Source of the DNA: an uncultured virus (IMG/VR IMGVR_UViG_3300020439_001801)
Taxonomy: Duplodnaviria > Heunggongvirae > Uroviricota > Caudoviricetes
IMG/VR virus record: IMGVR_UViG_3300020439_001801
DNA: 64,000 nucleotides
Reading direction: 5' to 3' (one strand)
The notes beneath the pieces were generated by a model. That model was not told the DNA's origin and ran no database searches. It worked only from the letters and a program-made list of their open reading frames with translations. The position numbers and the translations under genes are program-made. Shown here piece after piece: positions 19,288 to 27,926 of this stretch. Numbering within the stretch: the first letter of the stretch is position 1; the number at the start of each line of letters is the position of its first letter.

Positions 19288-19652
19288 TATCTACTTACTA
19301 TCTTTCCTTTAACTAAAAAATCTCCTGCAACAATATCATCAGGTGATGCTACTATTGCTCGATTAAACGTAACCACTATATTTGTACCATCATCTGTAAT
19401 CTCATAATATGATGATGGAGTTTTGACACTTTGTAAATAAATATCAACATAATCAGAAGAACTATCAATTTTTAGCTCTTCTGTTACAAATTTCTTGTTT
19501 GAGAGGGTCAAAGTGAATAGCACACCATCCAAACTTATAGAATCTGGTGTGTGATGAGAAACAAACATATCATCAAAAATATTCTGTATTAAACCAGCAG
19601 TTTGCCCCTTTGTATCATATGGTACAACTATGTTTGGTTTCTTTCTACTCAT
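19287..19652 (-). CDS. Hypothetical virion protein
   Basis: 121 aa, translationally coupled to its neighbours. Resembles the beta-rich C-terminal domain of 19975..21087. Confidence 0.7.
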   Translation of the reverse strand: MSRKKPNIVVPYDTKGQTAGLIQNIFDDMFVSHHTPDSISLDGVLFTLTLSNKKFVTEELKIDSSSDYVDIYLQSVKTPSSYYEITDDGTNIVVTFNRAIVASPDDIVAGDFLVKGKIVSR

Positions 19653-19978
19653 AATCTTTGTAAGTCTCCCTCTACTGATATTTTATCAGAACCTACTAAA
19701 GAATATCCAAAATTTGCTTTTTTAAATTTTATAAAGAAATCTTTTCCGATTTGTTCGAAAATATAATCTGCATCTAAAATAAATTGTCCATTTATGAATA
19801 CATCAAATCTTGAATGGTCTGGTCTAAGAGTATTAAACCTACTATTCATATCTTTTATTTTACAATTTGATATTTTCCAAATCCAATAGTTTACATCGGT
19901 CAAATCTACTTCTTCCAATATAAATTCATTTGGTTCATTTAATTGTTGTAAAACATCTCTGATTTCTTTTACACTCAT
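19649..19978 (-). CDS. Hypothetical virion protein
   Basis: FDVFINGQFI...Y motif is also seen in the C-terminus of 19975..21087 (FKVYINGLFI). ATGA overlap. Confidence 0.7.
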   Translation of the reverse strand: MSVKEIRDVLQQLNEPNEFILEEVDLTDVNYWIWKISNCKIKDMNSRFNTLRPDHSRFDVFINGQFILDADYIFEQIGKDFFIKFKKANFGYSLVGSDKISVEGDLQRL

Positions 19979-21087
19979 AATTCTTTAAATTTTCCAACAA
20001 ATGCGAATTCATCAGTTGATTCTAATTCATAACCTAATTCTGTATCAGATGCCTCTGAACCTGTTGTAAAGTTAAATTCTACTGAATTAGCAGAACTACT
20101 TACAAAGTAAGAATATTTTGTTGATGGAATAAATAATCCATTTATATATACTTTAAACCAATTATCAACATCAAAGTTTCCTTCTAATGATGGTGGTAGT
20201 TTTGGAACTTCTACATTATTAATCTTAACAGTATCCGCATCTACAAAACTACCTGATACTGAACCTCTTATTGCTAAGAAATCTAATATATCAGCGTATT
20301 GGTTTATTGCTTTTTGTTTGATAGGGTTAACTCCCCCACCTCCACCAGTCAAATCTGCTTCCAATCCGAAAACAACTCTTTTTGGTGTGTATTCTTTGAT
20401 AGTAGTAGGTTTGTTATCAAATTCAGATGGAAGTAAGTAAGCGTTTACTGCCATAGTAAATGATGTTCTAACGATTCTTTCACTTCCCTGTCCTACTTCT
20501 GTTTGGTTATCGAATGAGTCGATTCTCACTCTAAACTTATATTTCTTTTTATCACCCCAATATTCATCTGTAGCATATTGGAATTGTTCTACGATTTTAT
20601 TCATATGTTCTGTAAAGTTTGTCCAAATCATTACTTCATATGAAACAGTTACATAATCAGGCATCGTAATGTTATATGCTTCAACATTAGGAGTTACCTC
20701 ATTCATCAAACTAAATTTATCGTACTTTTGTTTTTTGTTGTATTTTGTTAATGTAGAGTAAGATACATTTCTATTCATAGTATTAGCTAAAGTATCATCT
20801 CTTGCTATACTATTTCTTTTGTACATTACCAAAGGTATTTGAATTCTACCTCTCTGGTCTCTTATGTATCCATCTTTTGTAGCTGCTTTCCATCTTTCTG
20901 GGTTTCCATATATCAATGGTACTTTTACTTTAGTTCCATTTTCTTCTACATCAGGAATAACTACATCAGTCATATACTCCATCATAGCATAATCAATATC
21001 ATAGAGCGTAATACCAACTTTAGATTTCGGTTCTATCGGAATCTGTTGTGCTCTATTCTTTGCTTTACTTAAAGGGTCTTGTGCCAT
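19975..21087 (-). CDS. Tail terminator/sheath stabiliser (T4 gp15-like)
   Basis: KVPLIYG.PERW, P.M...R.SI..D and P.YV.VSYE..IWT....MNKIVEQ motifs. Lies after the neck genes. Confidence 0.7.
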   Translation of the reverse strand: MAQDPLSKAKNRAQQIPIEPKSKVGITLYDIDYAMMEYMTDVVIPDVEENGTKVKVPLIYGNPERWKAATKDGYIRDQRGRIQIPLVMYKRNSIARDDTLANTMNRNVSYSTLTKYNKKQKYDKFSLMNEVTPNVEAYNITMPDYVTVSYEVMIWTNFTEHMNKIVEQFQYATDEYWGDKKKYKFRVRIDSFDNQTEVGQGSERIVRTSFTMAVNAYLLPSEFDNKPTTIKEYTPKRVVFGLEADLTGGGGGVNPIKQKAINQYADILDFLAIRGSVSGSFVDADTVKINNVEVPKLPPSLEGNFDVDNWFKVYINGLFIPSTKYSYFVSSSANSVEFNFTTGSEASDTELGYELESTDEFAFVGKFKEL

Positions 21088-21542
21088 TATACTATTCTCT
21101 CCTCTATATTAAGTTGAGACCTTCTAACCATAAATGTAGAACATATGATTGAGAACTTCTCTTCAGGTCTACCATATACCAATTGGTTTTGACCAACTTT
21201 ATCAATTTCAAAATATGCGTTATTGTGGAAAATAATATCTCCAATTTCAGGATAAAGATTTTTTTCTTCTAATGTGAATCTGTTGAATCTAAATTCTACA
21301 TTTTGTGCTCTATCTGGTCCGAATCCTTCGTACTCAATAGAACTTTCATCTCTTTCAATCAAACAAGCACATTGTACGGCAGGTAAGTATGATTTACCCA
21401 AAGATTCCCCATATAGATTAGTTTTAGTTTCGGATAAAGATAATTTAAATATCTCCACCGTTGTTTGAACTACTACATCTACTAATTCTTTAGAAATCTT
21501 CTCAAAGAATGCTAAATCTTTTTGTTGTACAAATCGTGCCAT
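21087..21542 (-). CDS. Head closure/neck protein (T4 gp14-like)
   Basis: NLYGE, P.IGDII...YFEI..V motifs and synteny. Confidence 0.7.
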   Translation of the reverse strand: MARFVQQKDLAFFEKISKELVDVVVQTTVEIFKLSLSETKTNLYGESLGKSYLPAVQCACLIERDESSIEYEGFGPDRAQNVEFRFNRFTLEEKNLYPEIGDIIFHNNAYFEIDKVGQNQLVYGRPEEKFSIICSTFMVRRSQLNIEERIV

Positions 21543-21545
21543 TTA

Positions 21546-22691
21546 TTATCCTACATATATGTTCAAAGGTATCTTTCCTATAACTCTTTGTTGAGCATCA
21601 GCTTGGTCAGCTTCACTTTGATACCTTTCTTTATCTGATAAATCATTAAGTACTTCTCTTAATTGTTCTATCAAAGCATCTTTTTCTGTTTGAGCTTCTG
21701 ACCTAAGAGCTGCTCCATCTAATGATACCTCAGAACCAGGAATAGGTACGGATGAAAATTTTTCTCTGATTGCTCCTAATAATTCTTTAGCTAATGCTAA
21801 AGTATATTTTCTAATCCATTGTTTACCAACATCATTGATTCTACTATATGTGTGGAAATCATAACCAGTGTTTGAATAATCTGCTACAACACCATCTGTT
21901 ACTGCGGTTGCAGCTGCATCAAATTCTGATTTTACAATATATTCAAAATGTAATGTAGAAGTTTTTGTTGGTTTTGGAAATAATTTTAATTTGTTATTTA
22001 CAATATTGAAACTGAATGAAGATTTTCTAATCTGGTCATTAAATTCAATAGCTTGTATTCTTAATATATCTTCATATATTGGCATCAATACAAATTGTGC
22101 CGCTGGTGAGAATGAACCAAATCCAAACTCATCAATTAAGTTAAGAGTTCCTTGTCCACTTACTGAGTAAGGGTCGAAGAATCTATTGATTGCTGGAGTT
22201 GCTTCATAAAATACTTTTGTTATATTTAATCGGTTTCCACTTTCTGATACATCACCCCATAGAGCTTGTAAATCATAATCTTGCGAACCACTATTAAGTG
22301 CTATACTACCACTCTTAATATCTACTTTACCACCAACATTAGCGTAAGTACCATATGAATCTGATATTTCAATAATGTTAGGTAGTGGTGAACCTTTTAC
22401 GTTTTTCTGAGTATAATCAGAACCTGTAGGTTGACCTTGCAACGAACTAAGATTGTTCTTTATATTAAATTGATTTACTTGTGCTGAGTATTCTGATACT
22501 GCTTCTTCAAAACAAGCGTAAAAATTTAAATCTACTAATTCAACATCTACGATTGGATATCCTAATCTCTTAGCACACCAAGAAGCTACTTTCGGTCCAT
22601 CTGTTTGATATTCTGTATCTGTATCATAGATACCAAATGGTGTTGAACCCGAAATCACATTATCTGCTGAACCACTCCAGAAGTTTGACAT
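21546..22691 (-). CDS. Neck/head-tail adaptor (T4 gp13-like)
   Basis: RLGYPIVDVEL, WIRKYTLALAKE.LG..R.KF and PG..V.LDG..L..EA..E motifs. Directly follows the major capsid gene. Confidence 0.85.
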   Translation of the reverse strand: MSNFWSGSADNVISGSTPFGIYDTDTEYQTDGPKVASWCAKRLGYPIVDVELVDLNFYACFEEAVSEYSAQVNQFNIKNNLSSLQGQPTGSDYTQKNVKGSPLPNIIEISDSYGTYANVGGKVDIKSGSIALNSGSQDYDLQALWGDVSESGNRLNITKVFYEATPAINRFFDPYSVSGQGTLNLIDEFGFGSFSPAAQFVLMPIYEDILRIQAIEFNDQIRKSSFSFNIVNNKLKLFPKPTKTSTLHFEYIVKSEFDAAATAVTDGVVADYSNTGYDFHTYSRINDVGKQWIRKYTLALAKELLGAIREKFSSVPIPGSEVSLDGAALRSEAQTEKDALIEQLREVLNDLSDKERYQSEADQADAQQRVIGKIPLNIYVG

Positions 22692-22719
22692 ATTTCTCTC
22701 CTTTGTATTATTTCTCTTA

Positions 22720-22728
22720 TATAAATAT
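22720..22728 (-). promoter_or_regulatory. Putative late promoter ATATTTATA
   Basis: Between the capsid terminator and the neck gene start. Confidence 0.75.
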
Positions 22729-22758
22729 AGAATAAAAAGATATCACTAAAAAAGACAT

Positions 22759-22785
22759 AAAAAAAGGGGAAATTTCTTTCCCCTT
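22759..22785 (-). terminator. Intrinsic terminator after the major capsid gene
   Basis: Minus strand reads AAGGGGAAA-GAAA-TTTCCCCTT followed by a T run. Confidence 0.9.
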
Positions 22786-22806
22786 AATTTATCTTACTAA
22801 GTTATC

Positions 22807-24429
22807 TTAGATTAAGTCCATATCTGCGATATCAATTGTACCGTAGAATTCTGGTCTTACCATTTTCTTAGCGTATCTAGTCATTACACCTCTTCTTGGA
22901 GTAAAGTTAGATGGGTCATATACCAACGGAGTCATAATTAGTGGTACATATGGTGCGTAAACCGCTCCACTTTCAAGGAAGTTATTTCCTTTGTATCCTA
23001 ACAAGATTTGGTTAGTTGTCATGTAAGGATTTTTGTACACAGTATATCTGTTAGATAATGCTCCGATAGCAGTTACACCTGCTGCGAACTCCATAGCATC
23101 TTTTCCAGCGTTTACAGTAAACTGAGGAATAGATTCTAAGATAGTACATACATCAGGAGATGCTACGATAAAGTTTGCTCCACCTCTAAGAGTTAATTGG
23201 TGAATCTTATTAGATACTTTATTGATTTTAGTACCTAATGTAGAGAACCAAGAGTTCTTAGTATAAGCTTGACCAGTAAATGCACTCATTTGGAAAGATG
23301 AGCCATCCCACTCAGAACCAACTTTAGCTGACCATTTTTCGTTAGTCAATGCACCGTTTCTAATCATATCTAAGATTTCTAAGTCAATCTCTAATGAGAT
23401 GTACTCAGATAACATAGAAGTTAATTCAGCTTCTGCATCGATTGAATGGTAAGCGTTAAGGTCTTGAGCTAACTCAGGAGTCCAAACTGCTTTTAGTTTT
23501 CTAGTCTTAGCAACGATAGCCTCTGATTTCAACTCTAGGTCGATTTCAGGAATATCAAGTACAGTACCACTTCCAGCGTTACCACCAGCGTTGTTAACTG
23601 GGTCTCTATCTTCGAAGTCACCTCTGTTAGTAGAAGCAGGTACGTTAGCGAAGTTAACTGCTACAGCACCTAAATCTTCGATAGTACCTGATACAAAGAA
23701 TACATAATCACTACCACTAACAAATGCGTGCTCACCAATTGTTTCATCAATTACTGAACCTGATTGGTTAGTTACAGTGAATGCTTGAATTGCATCATCA
23801 TCTCCAGTTGAAGATATATCTGCTTTAGGAATTGCTACTTTTGCAACATTACCAGCTGCTACTGAAGCACTAAAGTTAGCATCGTATCCTATATCACTCA
23901 TAGATGCAGTTGCGATAGATGTAATTGAGCTTTCAGCTACATTTACTGATTGGTCGTTAAGTGTATATCCATAACGTCCACTTCCATATAGACCGTTTTT
24001 AGCAACATTAGTTGAACCTAAGTCCGAACCATCACCACCAAATAATGAAGAACCAGAATACTGAGTTCCACCGAATTGTTGGTTGTTGTATTTAAAGTCT
24101 AGATAGAAAATAAGTCCTGATGGTAAGTTCATTGGTTGAACAGAAACGAAATTCTTCGCTGCGATTTCACCAAAGATTCTTCTTACCAAAGGAAGAGCTA
24201 CACCATTCCACTCCTCATTACCTGAGCCGTTAGAAGTAGCGTTAGCTTCATCAAGCAATTGTTTTGCTTGGTTTTCTAAAAGAACCGACATCTGATGTTG
24301 GTCTCTTTCTTGTAAACCTTCAAGAAGTCCAGTTTTCTCCCATTTGTTCTTTAATCCTCTTGTTTCCGCAAGCATTACAGACTGTGGGTTCTTTCCTTCC
24401 ATAAGTTTATTTAAATCAAAATTTGCCAT
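22807..24429 (-). CDS. Major capsid protein (T4 gp23-like)
   Basis: LLENQ, LPLVRR, VQPM..PSGLIF, AKTRKLKA.WT.ELAQDL.AYH.IDAEAEL and YAPYVPL...F.P..G.MTRY motifs. AAGGAG RBS. Confidence 0.97.
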   Translation of the reverse strand: MANFDLNKLMEGKNPQSVMLAETRGLKNKWEKTGLLEGLQERDQHQMSVLLENQAKQLLDEANATSNGSGNEEWNGVALPLVRRIFGEIAAKNFVSVQPMNLPSGLIFYLDFKYNNQQFGGTQYSGSSLFGGDGSDLGSTNVAKNGLYGSGRYGYTLNDQSVNVAESSITSIATASMSDIGYDANFSASVAAGNVAKVAIPKADISSTGDDDAIQAFTVTNQSGSVIDETIGEHAFVSGSDYVFFVSGTIEDLGAVAVNFANVPASTNRGDFEDRDPVNNAGGNAGSGTVLDIPEIDLELKSEAIVAKTRKLKAVWTPELAQDLNAYHSIDAEAELTSMLSEYISLEIDLEILDMIRNGALTNEKWSAKVGSEWDGSSFQMSAFTGQAYTKNSWFSTLGTKINKVSNKIHQLTLRGGANFIVASPDVCTILESIPQFTVNAGKDAMEFAAGVTAIGALSNRYTVYKNPYMTTNQILLGYKGNNFLESGAVYAPYVPLIMTPLVYDPSNFTPRRGVMTRYAKKMVRPEFYGTIDIADMDLI

Positions 24430-24456
24430 TTTTTCTCTCCTTATAAAATTAAAAAA

Positions 24457-25596
24457 TTATTTAATGTTAGCTAACTTTTTAAATCTGTTAGCTATCTCGT
24501 TACTTTCAGAAATAATTTCTTTCTTAGGAGCAGTTGAAGCTTGAGGTTTAGAAGCGATTCCTTCTGTTACTCTTACTTTTCTTTTAGTTTCTCCACCGAA
24601 TTTCATTGATTCTGCTAAAGTAGCGAATACCAATTTCACCTCTCTTACAGATTTTGTTCTGTCAAGAGTTTCTACAACTTTACTCTTTTGGTCATTGTTC
24701 ATAGCGTATGAACGGAATAACTTGTTAGCGTAAAGTAATTTAGCGTTGAGTAAGTTTACTTCGTTGATTGTACTTTTAAGTTCTTTTACAGTAGCGTATG
24801 CTTCTTCCAATTCCTTAGTAAGTTCTTCAACTTGGTTAGATTCGTTAGATTCATTAGATTCATCCATGTCCTCTTCATCTTCTTCTCCGTATCCCATTTC
24901 TCTTAGGATTTCGTCTAAGTCGATATCTTCGTCCATGTCATCTTCTTTTTCATCTTCCATTTCATCCATGTCAGCCATTTCTTCTTCGCCGTGAGAACCT
25001 TCTTCTTCTCCATGCGAACCTTCTTTGTCTCCATGTAATTCGTCAACTTCCTCTTCATCTTCACCTTCTTCTTCAGAAAGTTCAGATTCTAGTTCTTTGA
25101 TGATGTCCTCAAGATTTAACTCTTCGTCAACCTCTTCTTCATCATCTTCTTCTTTGTAGCCCATTTCGCTTACTTCTTCAGTTTCTTCAGATACTTCCTC
25201 AGTTTCTTCTTTAACTTCAGCTTCATTTTCTTCAGATACAGTTTCTTCAACTTCTTCTTCAGAATCTTCACCTTCTTTTAAATCATCAACTTTGTCAACA
25301 TTTGAATCTTCTAGCCCAACAGATGCACTCTCTTTATCAGTTTCTGGGTCTAACTCAGTATGAGCTTCGTCATACTTAGGTTCTCCACCTTTACCGATTT
25401 CAGAAGAATCTACACTCTCATCTACTTCTTCCTCATCTTCTTCTTCATTCATTTCTGCTTGAAGTTTTTTAGATAAGATAGATTGTAGTTTAGGAGTAAA
25501 TGCTTCCTCTAATGCGATTTTAGCATTAGCGATTGCAGTTTCTCTTACAGCTTTAGCGTCAGCGATGGCTTCTTTTAATAATTTAGAATTTGCCAT
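24457..25596 (-). CDS. Prohead core/scaffolding protein
   Basis: Very acidic centre, coiled-coil C-terminal half ending RFKKLANIK. Immediately upstream of the capsid gene. Confidence 0.8.
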   Translation of the reverse strand: MANSKLLKEAIADAKAVRETAIANAKIALEEAFTPKLQSILSKKLQAEMNEEEDEEEVDESVDSSEIGKGGEPKYDEAHTELDPETDKESASVGLEDSNVDKVDDLKEGEDSEEEVEETVSEENEAEVKEETEEVSEETEEVSEMGYKEEDDEEEVDEELNLEDIIKELESELSEEEGEDEEEVDELHGDKEGSHGEEEGSHGEEEMADMDEMEDEKEDDMDEDIDLDEILREMGYGEEDEEDMDESNESNESNQVEELTKELEEAYATVKELKSTINEVNLLNAKLLYANKLFRSYAMNNDQKSKVVETLDRTKSVREVKLVFATLAESMKFGGETKRKVRVTEGIASKPQASTAPKKEIISESNEIANRFKKLANIK

Positions 25597-25738
25597 TTTT
25601 TTGCCTTCCTTATTAATTGTCTGAAAATATTATGGGATTTCCAATGATGTTAGGTCGGTTGTTCGGTCACCTCATAAGAATGGGTATTCATTAACCAACT
25701 GAAATTCAAAAACACACATAGAATGGTGTGTTACTGAG
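25597..25738 (-). promoter_or_regulatory. Putative structured 5' leader RNA of the scaffold-capsid operon
   Basis: About 140 nt between promoter motif and start. Three stems can form (AACACAC/GTGTGTT, GTTGGTT/AACCGAC, TTGGAAAT/ATTTTCAG), each enclosing CCAT. Confidence 0.55.
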
Positions 25739-25747
25739 TATAAGTAT
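25739..25747 (-). promoter_or_regulatory. Putative late promoter ATACTTATA
   Basis: Upstream of the scaffold/capsid leader, with TTACGTTT 14 nt further upstream. Confidence 0.75.
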
Positions 25748-25771
25748 TATAATAGATTAAAAAACGTAAAA

Positions 25772-26038
25772 TTATCTACGTTTTTTTCTTTTCTTTGTAA
25801 ATAATCGAATAGTTCTATCTCCATTATCTATCTTTTCCAACATAGTTAACTTCTGTTGTTCTCTTACTGCATTCTGTTTTTGCTTTCTTCTTACAGTTGT
25901 TGGTTTAGTGTATTGTTGTTTAGTTCTCAACAATTGAAGATGACCAGATTCATCTATTCTTCTTTTAAAAATTTTAAGTGCTTTTTGTATATTTCCGTTT
26001 CTTACTTGTACAGAAACTAATTTTGGGTGTTTACTCAT
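25772..26038 (-). CDS. rpsU: Phage-encoded ribosomal protein bS21
   Basis: V.VRNGNI.KAL..FKR.....G....LR..Q.Y.KP...RR pattern of the bS21 family. Located among the head genes. Confidence 0.9.
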   Translation of the reverse strand: MSKHPKLVSVQVRNGNIQKALKIFKRRIDESGHLQLLRTKQQYTKPTTVRRKQKQNAVREQQKLTMLEKIDNGDRTIRLFTKKRKKRR

Positions 26039-26056
26039 TCTCCTTTATTTAAATAA

Positions 26057-27925
26057 CTATGAACCTTTTCCAGTTCCACTTTTTTTACCACTTCTTTTTG
26101 TGTGAGTAGAAACATTAATAGGTTTTCTACCACCTCCACCAGCAGAACCTCCTCTACCAGCTTTGTTTTGTGCTGCTCTTTTTCTACGAGTTGCACTTTC
26201 TTTTTCTTTCTTACTCATTGTAGCTGCTTTAGCGGCTGGTACACATTTAGCGTATCCTCTCTTCTTACCACTTGTACCACATGGTGGGTGTTTACCACTT
26301 TTATCTTTTTTACCAATGTTTACCCACTTTGATTTGAACCAATTTCTTAAATCTTCATTTGTATTGATTTCAGATACTTGAAAAAGTTTTTCTTCTTTAT
26401 CTGCATTGGTTCTGAATTTAGATGGATTCAACTTAAAATCTTTTAATGATTTATCTAAGAATGATTTGTATCTACTACCCATCTTTTTTTCTAACTTAGA
26501 TAATGCATCATAGAATTTGATTTCTTTCTTACCTACTTGTTTTTTAATTTTATTGATTTGATTTTTATCTTCATCGATATACCTTACTTTCTTTTTCACT
26601 ATCATTGTGATACCACCTAAAGATTTTGCCCACTTTTCAGCATCTTTCTTATCTTTGTAAGCTGCGGTTGTTACTGGTTTTACTCCTTTTTTTGGTGAGT
26701 ACAATACAACATATGCTTCGTTTACTGATTCACCAATTAAAGAATCTATATCGTTGTGTACATCTTTCCACTTAGTGAATTTTTTATTACGAAGTGCACT
26801 ATAAAGAGCTATTGAATATTTTTGTGAAGAGTTGTGGATAATTCTTTTTACATAATCAACTGCACCAACATTAGGTTTACCAGTTTTAAATGAATCCACT
26901 GCTGATTTCATTGCTTTGTAATTGTTAAATGCTCTTTCTTTGTTTCTATCTGAGATAACTTGAGTAATGTAATCTTTTGCCTTACCCATATCACCTTTGA
27001 ACATATTTAAGATTTGTTGAGCACCTTTATCGTTTTTCTTTAATGCTCTTTCAAAGTTACCGATTTGAGTTTTAGCTAAACCTTTAGAATTAAAGTAATC
27101 TCTCTTATCAAAAGTATTATATACTTTATCGAAAGTTCTATCGTTAGATTTAAATGGTTTTGATATTGTTGGTTTTCCTATTGCTTCGTTTACTGATTCA
27201 TTAAAACCATAAACATATCCACCTTTGTGTAAAGTGTTTACAAATTTTGCTAAATCTTTTTTATTTTTAAAAGTTTTGATATCAAAGAAATCACTACCAT
27301 CTTTGTGTTTCTTTTTACCATCGTGGTAAGAAATTGTGTATTTTGCTGAACCAACTCTATCTTGTTGGTAGTATCTTTTTTTACCTTCATCAACTGGCCC
27401 TTCATCATCACCTTCATCATCATACGTTCTAAAACTTCTATCGATTGTTTCTGATGTTTTTTCTTCTGAATCTAAATAGTGATATGCTTTTTGTAGATAA
27501 TCTTTTGCTAATGTAAGTTTTGATTGCCACCAATTAGGAAAATCAACTTCACCTTCCATATCATCATACTTATCTAACTTATCCATAAGTTTCTTACCAT
27601 ACTCCATTATCTCTAATGCAGTTGATTTTAACATATTTGGTTCATCATCTTGATGTCCTACATCAGTATCCTCTCCGATACCTTCAGCGAACTTCATTAA
27701 TCCTCTTACTCTTTTTACTAATGTACCTGGTGGAATACCATAAGTATCACTCATTACATCTTGCGTAAATTTATTTGATAGGAATGAAGATAGTTCTTTT
27801 TTTGTTGCGATACCAACACCGAAATTATCTTTAGCAATCTTATCTAATTCCTTCGCTGAGAGTTTCCCTTTGAAGTAATCAGTAAGTGCATCCTTTTTGT
27901 AAAGATATTTTTTTTCGTTTAGCAT
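26057..27925 (-). CDS. Modular basic protein, putative internal head polyprotein
   Basis: Start corrected to MLNEKKY at 27925, right after the upstream stop. Lys-rich modules separated by [LIV]-x-E / ESVNE linkers. Confidence 0.75.
   Translation of the reverse strand: MLNEKKYLYKKDALTDYFKGKLSAKELDKIAKDNFGVGIATKKELSSFLSNKFTQDVMSDTYGIPPGTLVKRVRGLMKFAEGIGEDTDVGHQDDEPNMLKSTALEIMEYGKKLMDKLDKYDDMEGEVDFPNWWQSKLTLAKDYLQKAYHYLDSEEKTSETIDRSFRTYDDEGDDEGPVDEGKKRYYQQDRVGSAKYTISYHDGKKKHKDGSDFFDIKTFKNKKDLAKFVNTLHKGGYVYGFNESVNEAIGKPTISKPFKSNDRTFDKVYNTFDKRDYFNSKGLAKTQIGNFERALKKNDKGAQQILNMFKGDMGKAKDYITQVISDRNKERAFNNYKAMKSAVDSFKTGKPNVGAVDYVKRIIHNSSQKYSIALYSALRNKKFTKWKDVHNDIDSLIGESVNEAYVVLYSPKKGVKPVTTAAYKDKKDAEKWAKSLGGITMIVKKKVRYIDEDKNQINKIKKQVGKKEIKFYDALSKLEKKMGSRYKSFLDKSLKDFKLNPSKFRTNADKEEKLFQVSEINTNEDLRNWFKSKWVNIGKKDKSGKHPPCGTSGKKRGYAKCVPAAKAATMSKKEKESATRRKRAAQNKAGRGGSAGGGGRKPINVSTHTKRSGKKSGTGKGS
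26714..27200. repeat. Exact 19-bp direct repeat encoding ESVNEA and bounding a module
   Basis: tgcttcgtttactgattca at 26714-26732 and 27182-27200. Confidence 0.9.
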
Positions 27926-27926
27926 C

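Noticed and set aside
25597..25738. tRNA or known riboswitch
   Set aside because: No cloverleaf, TTCGA T-loop or recognisable riboswitch consensus. Kept only as a putative novel leader.
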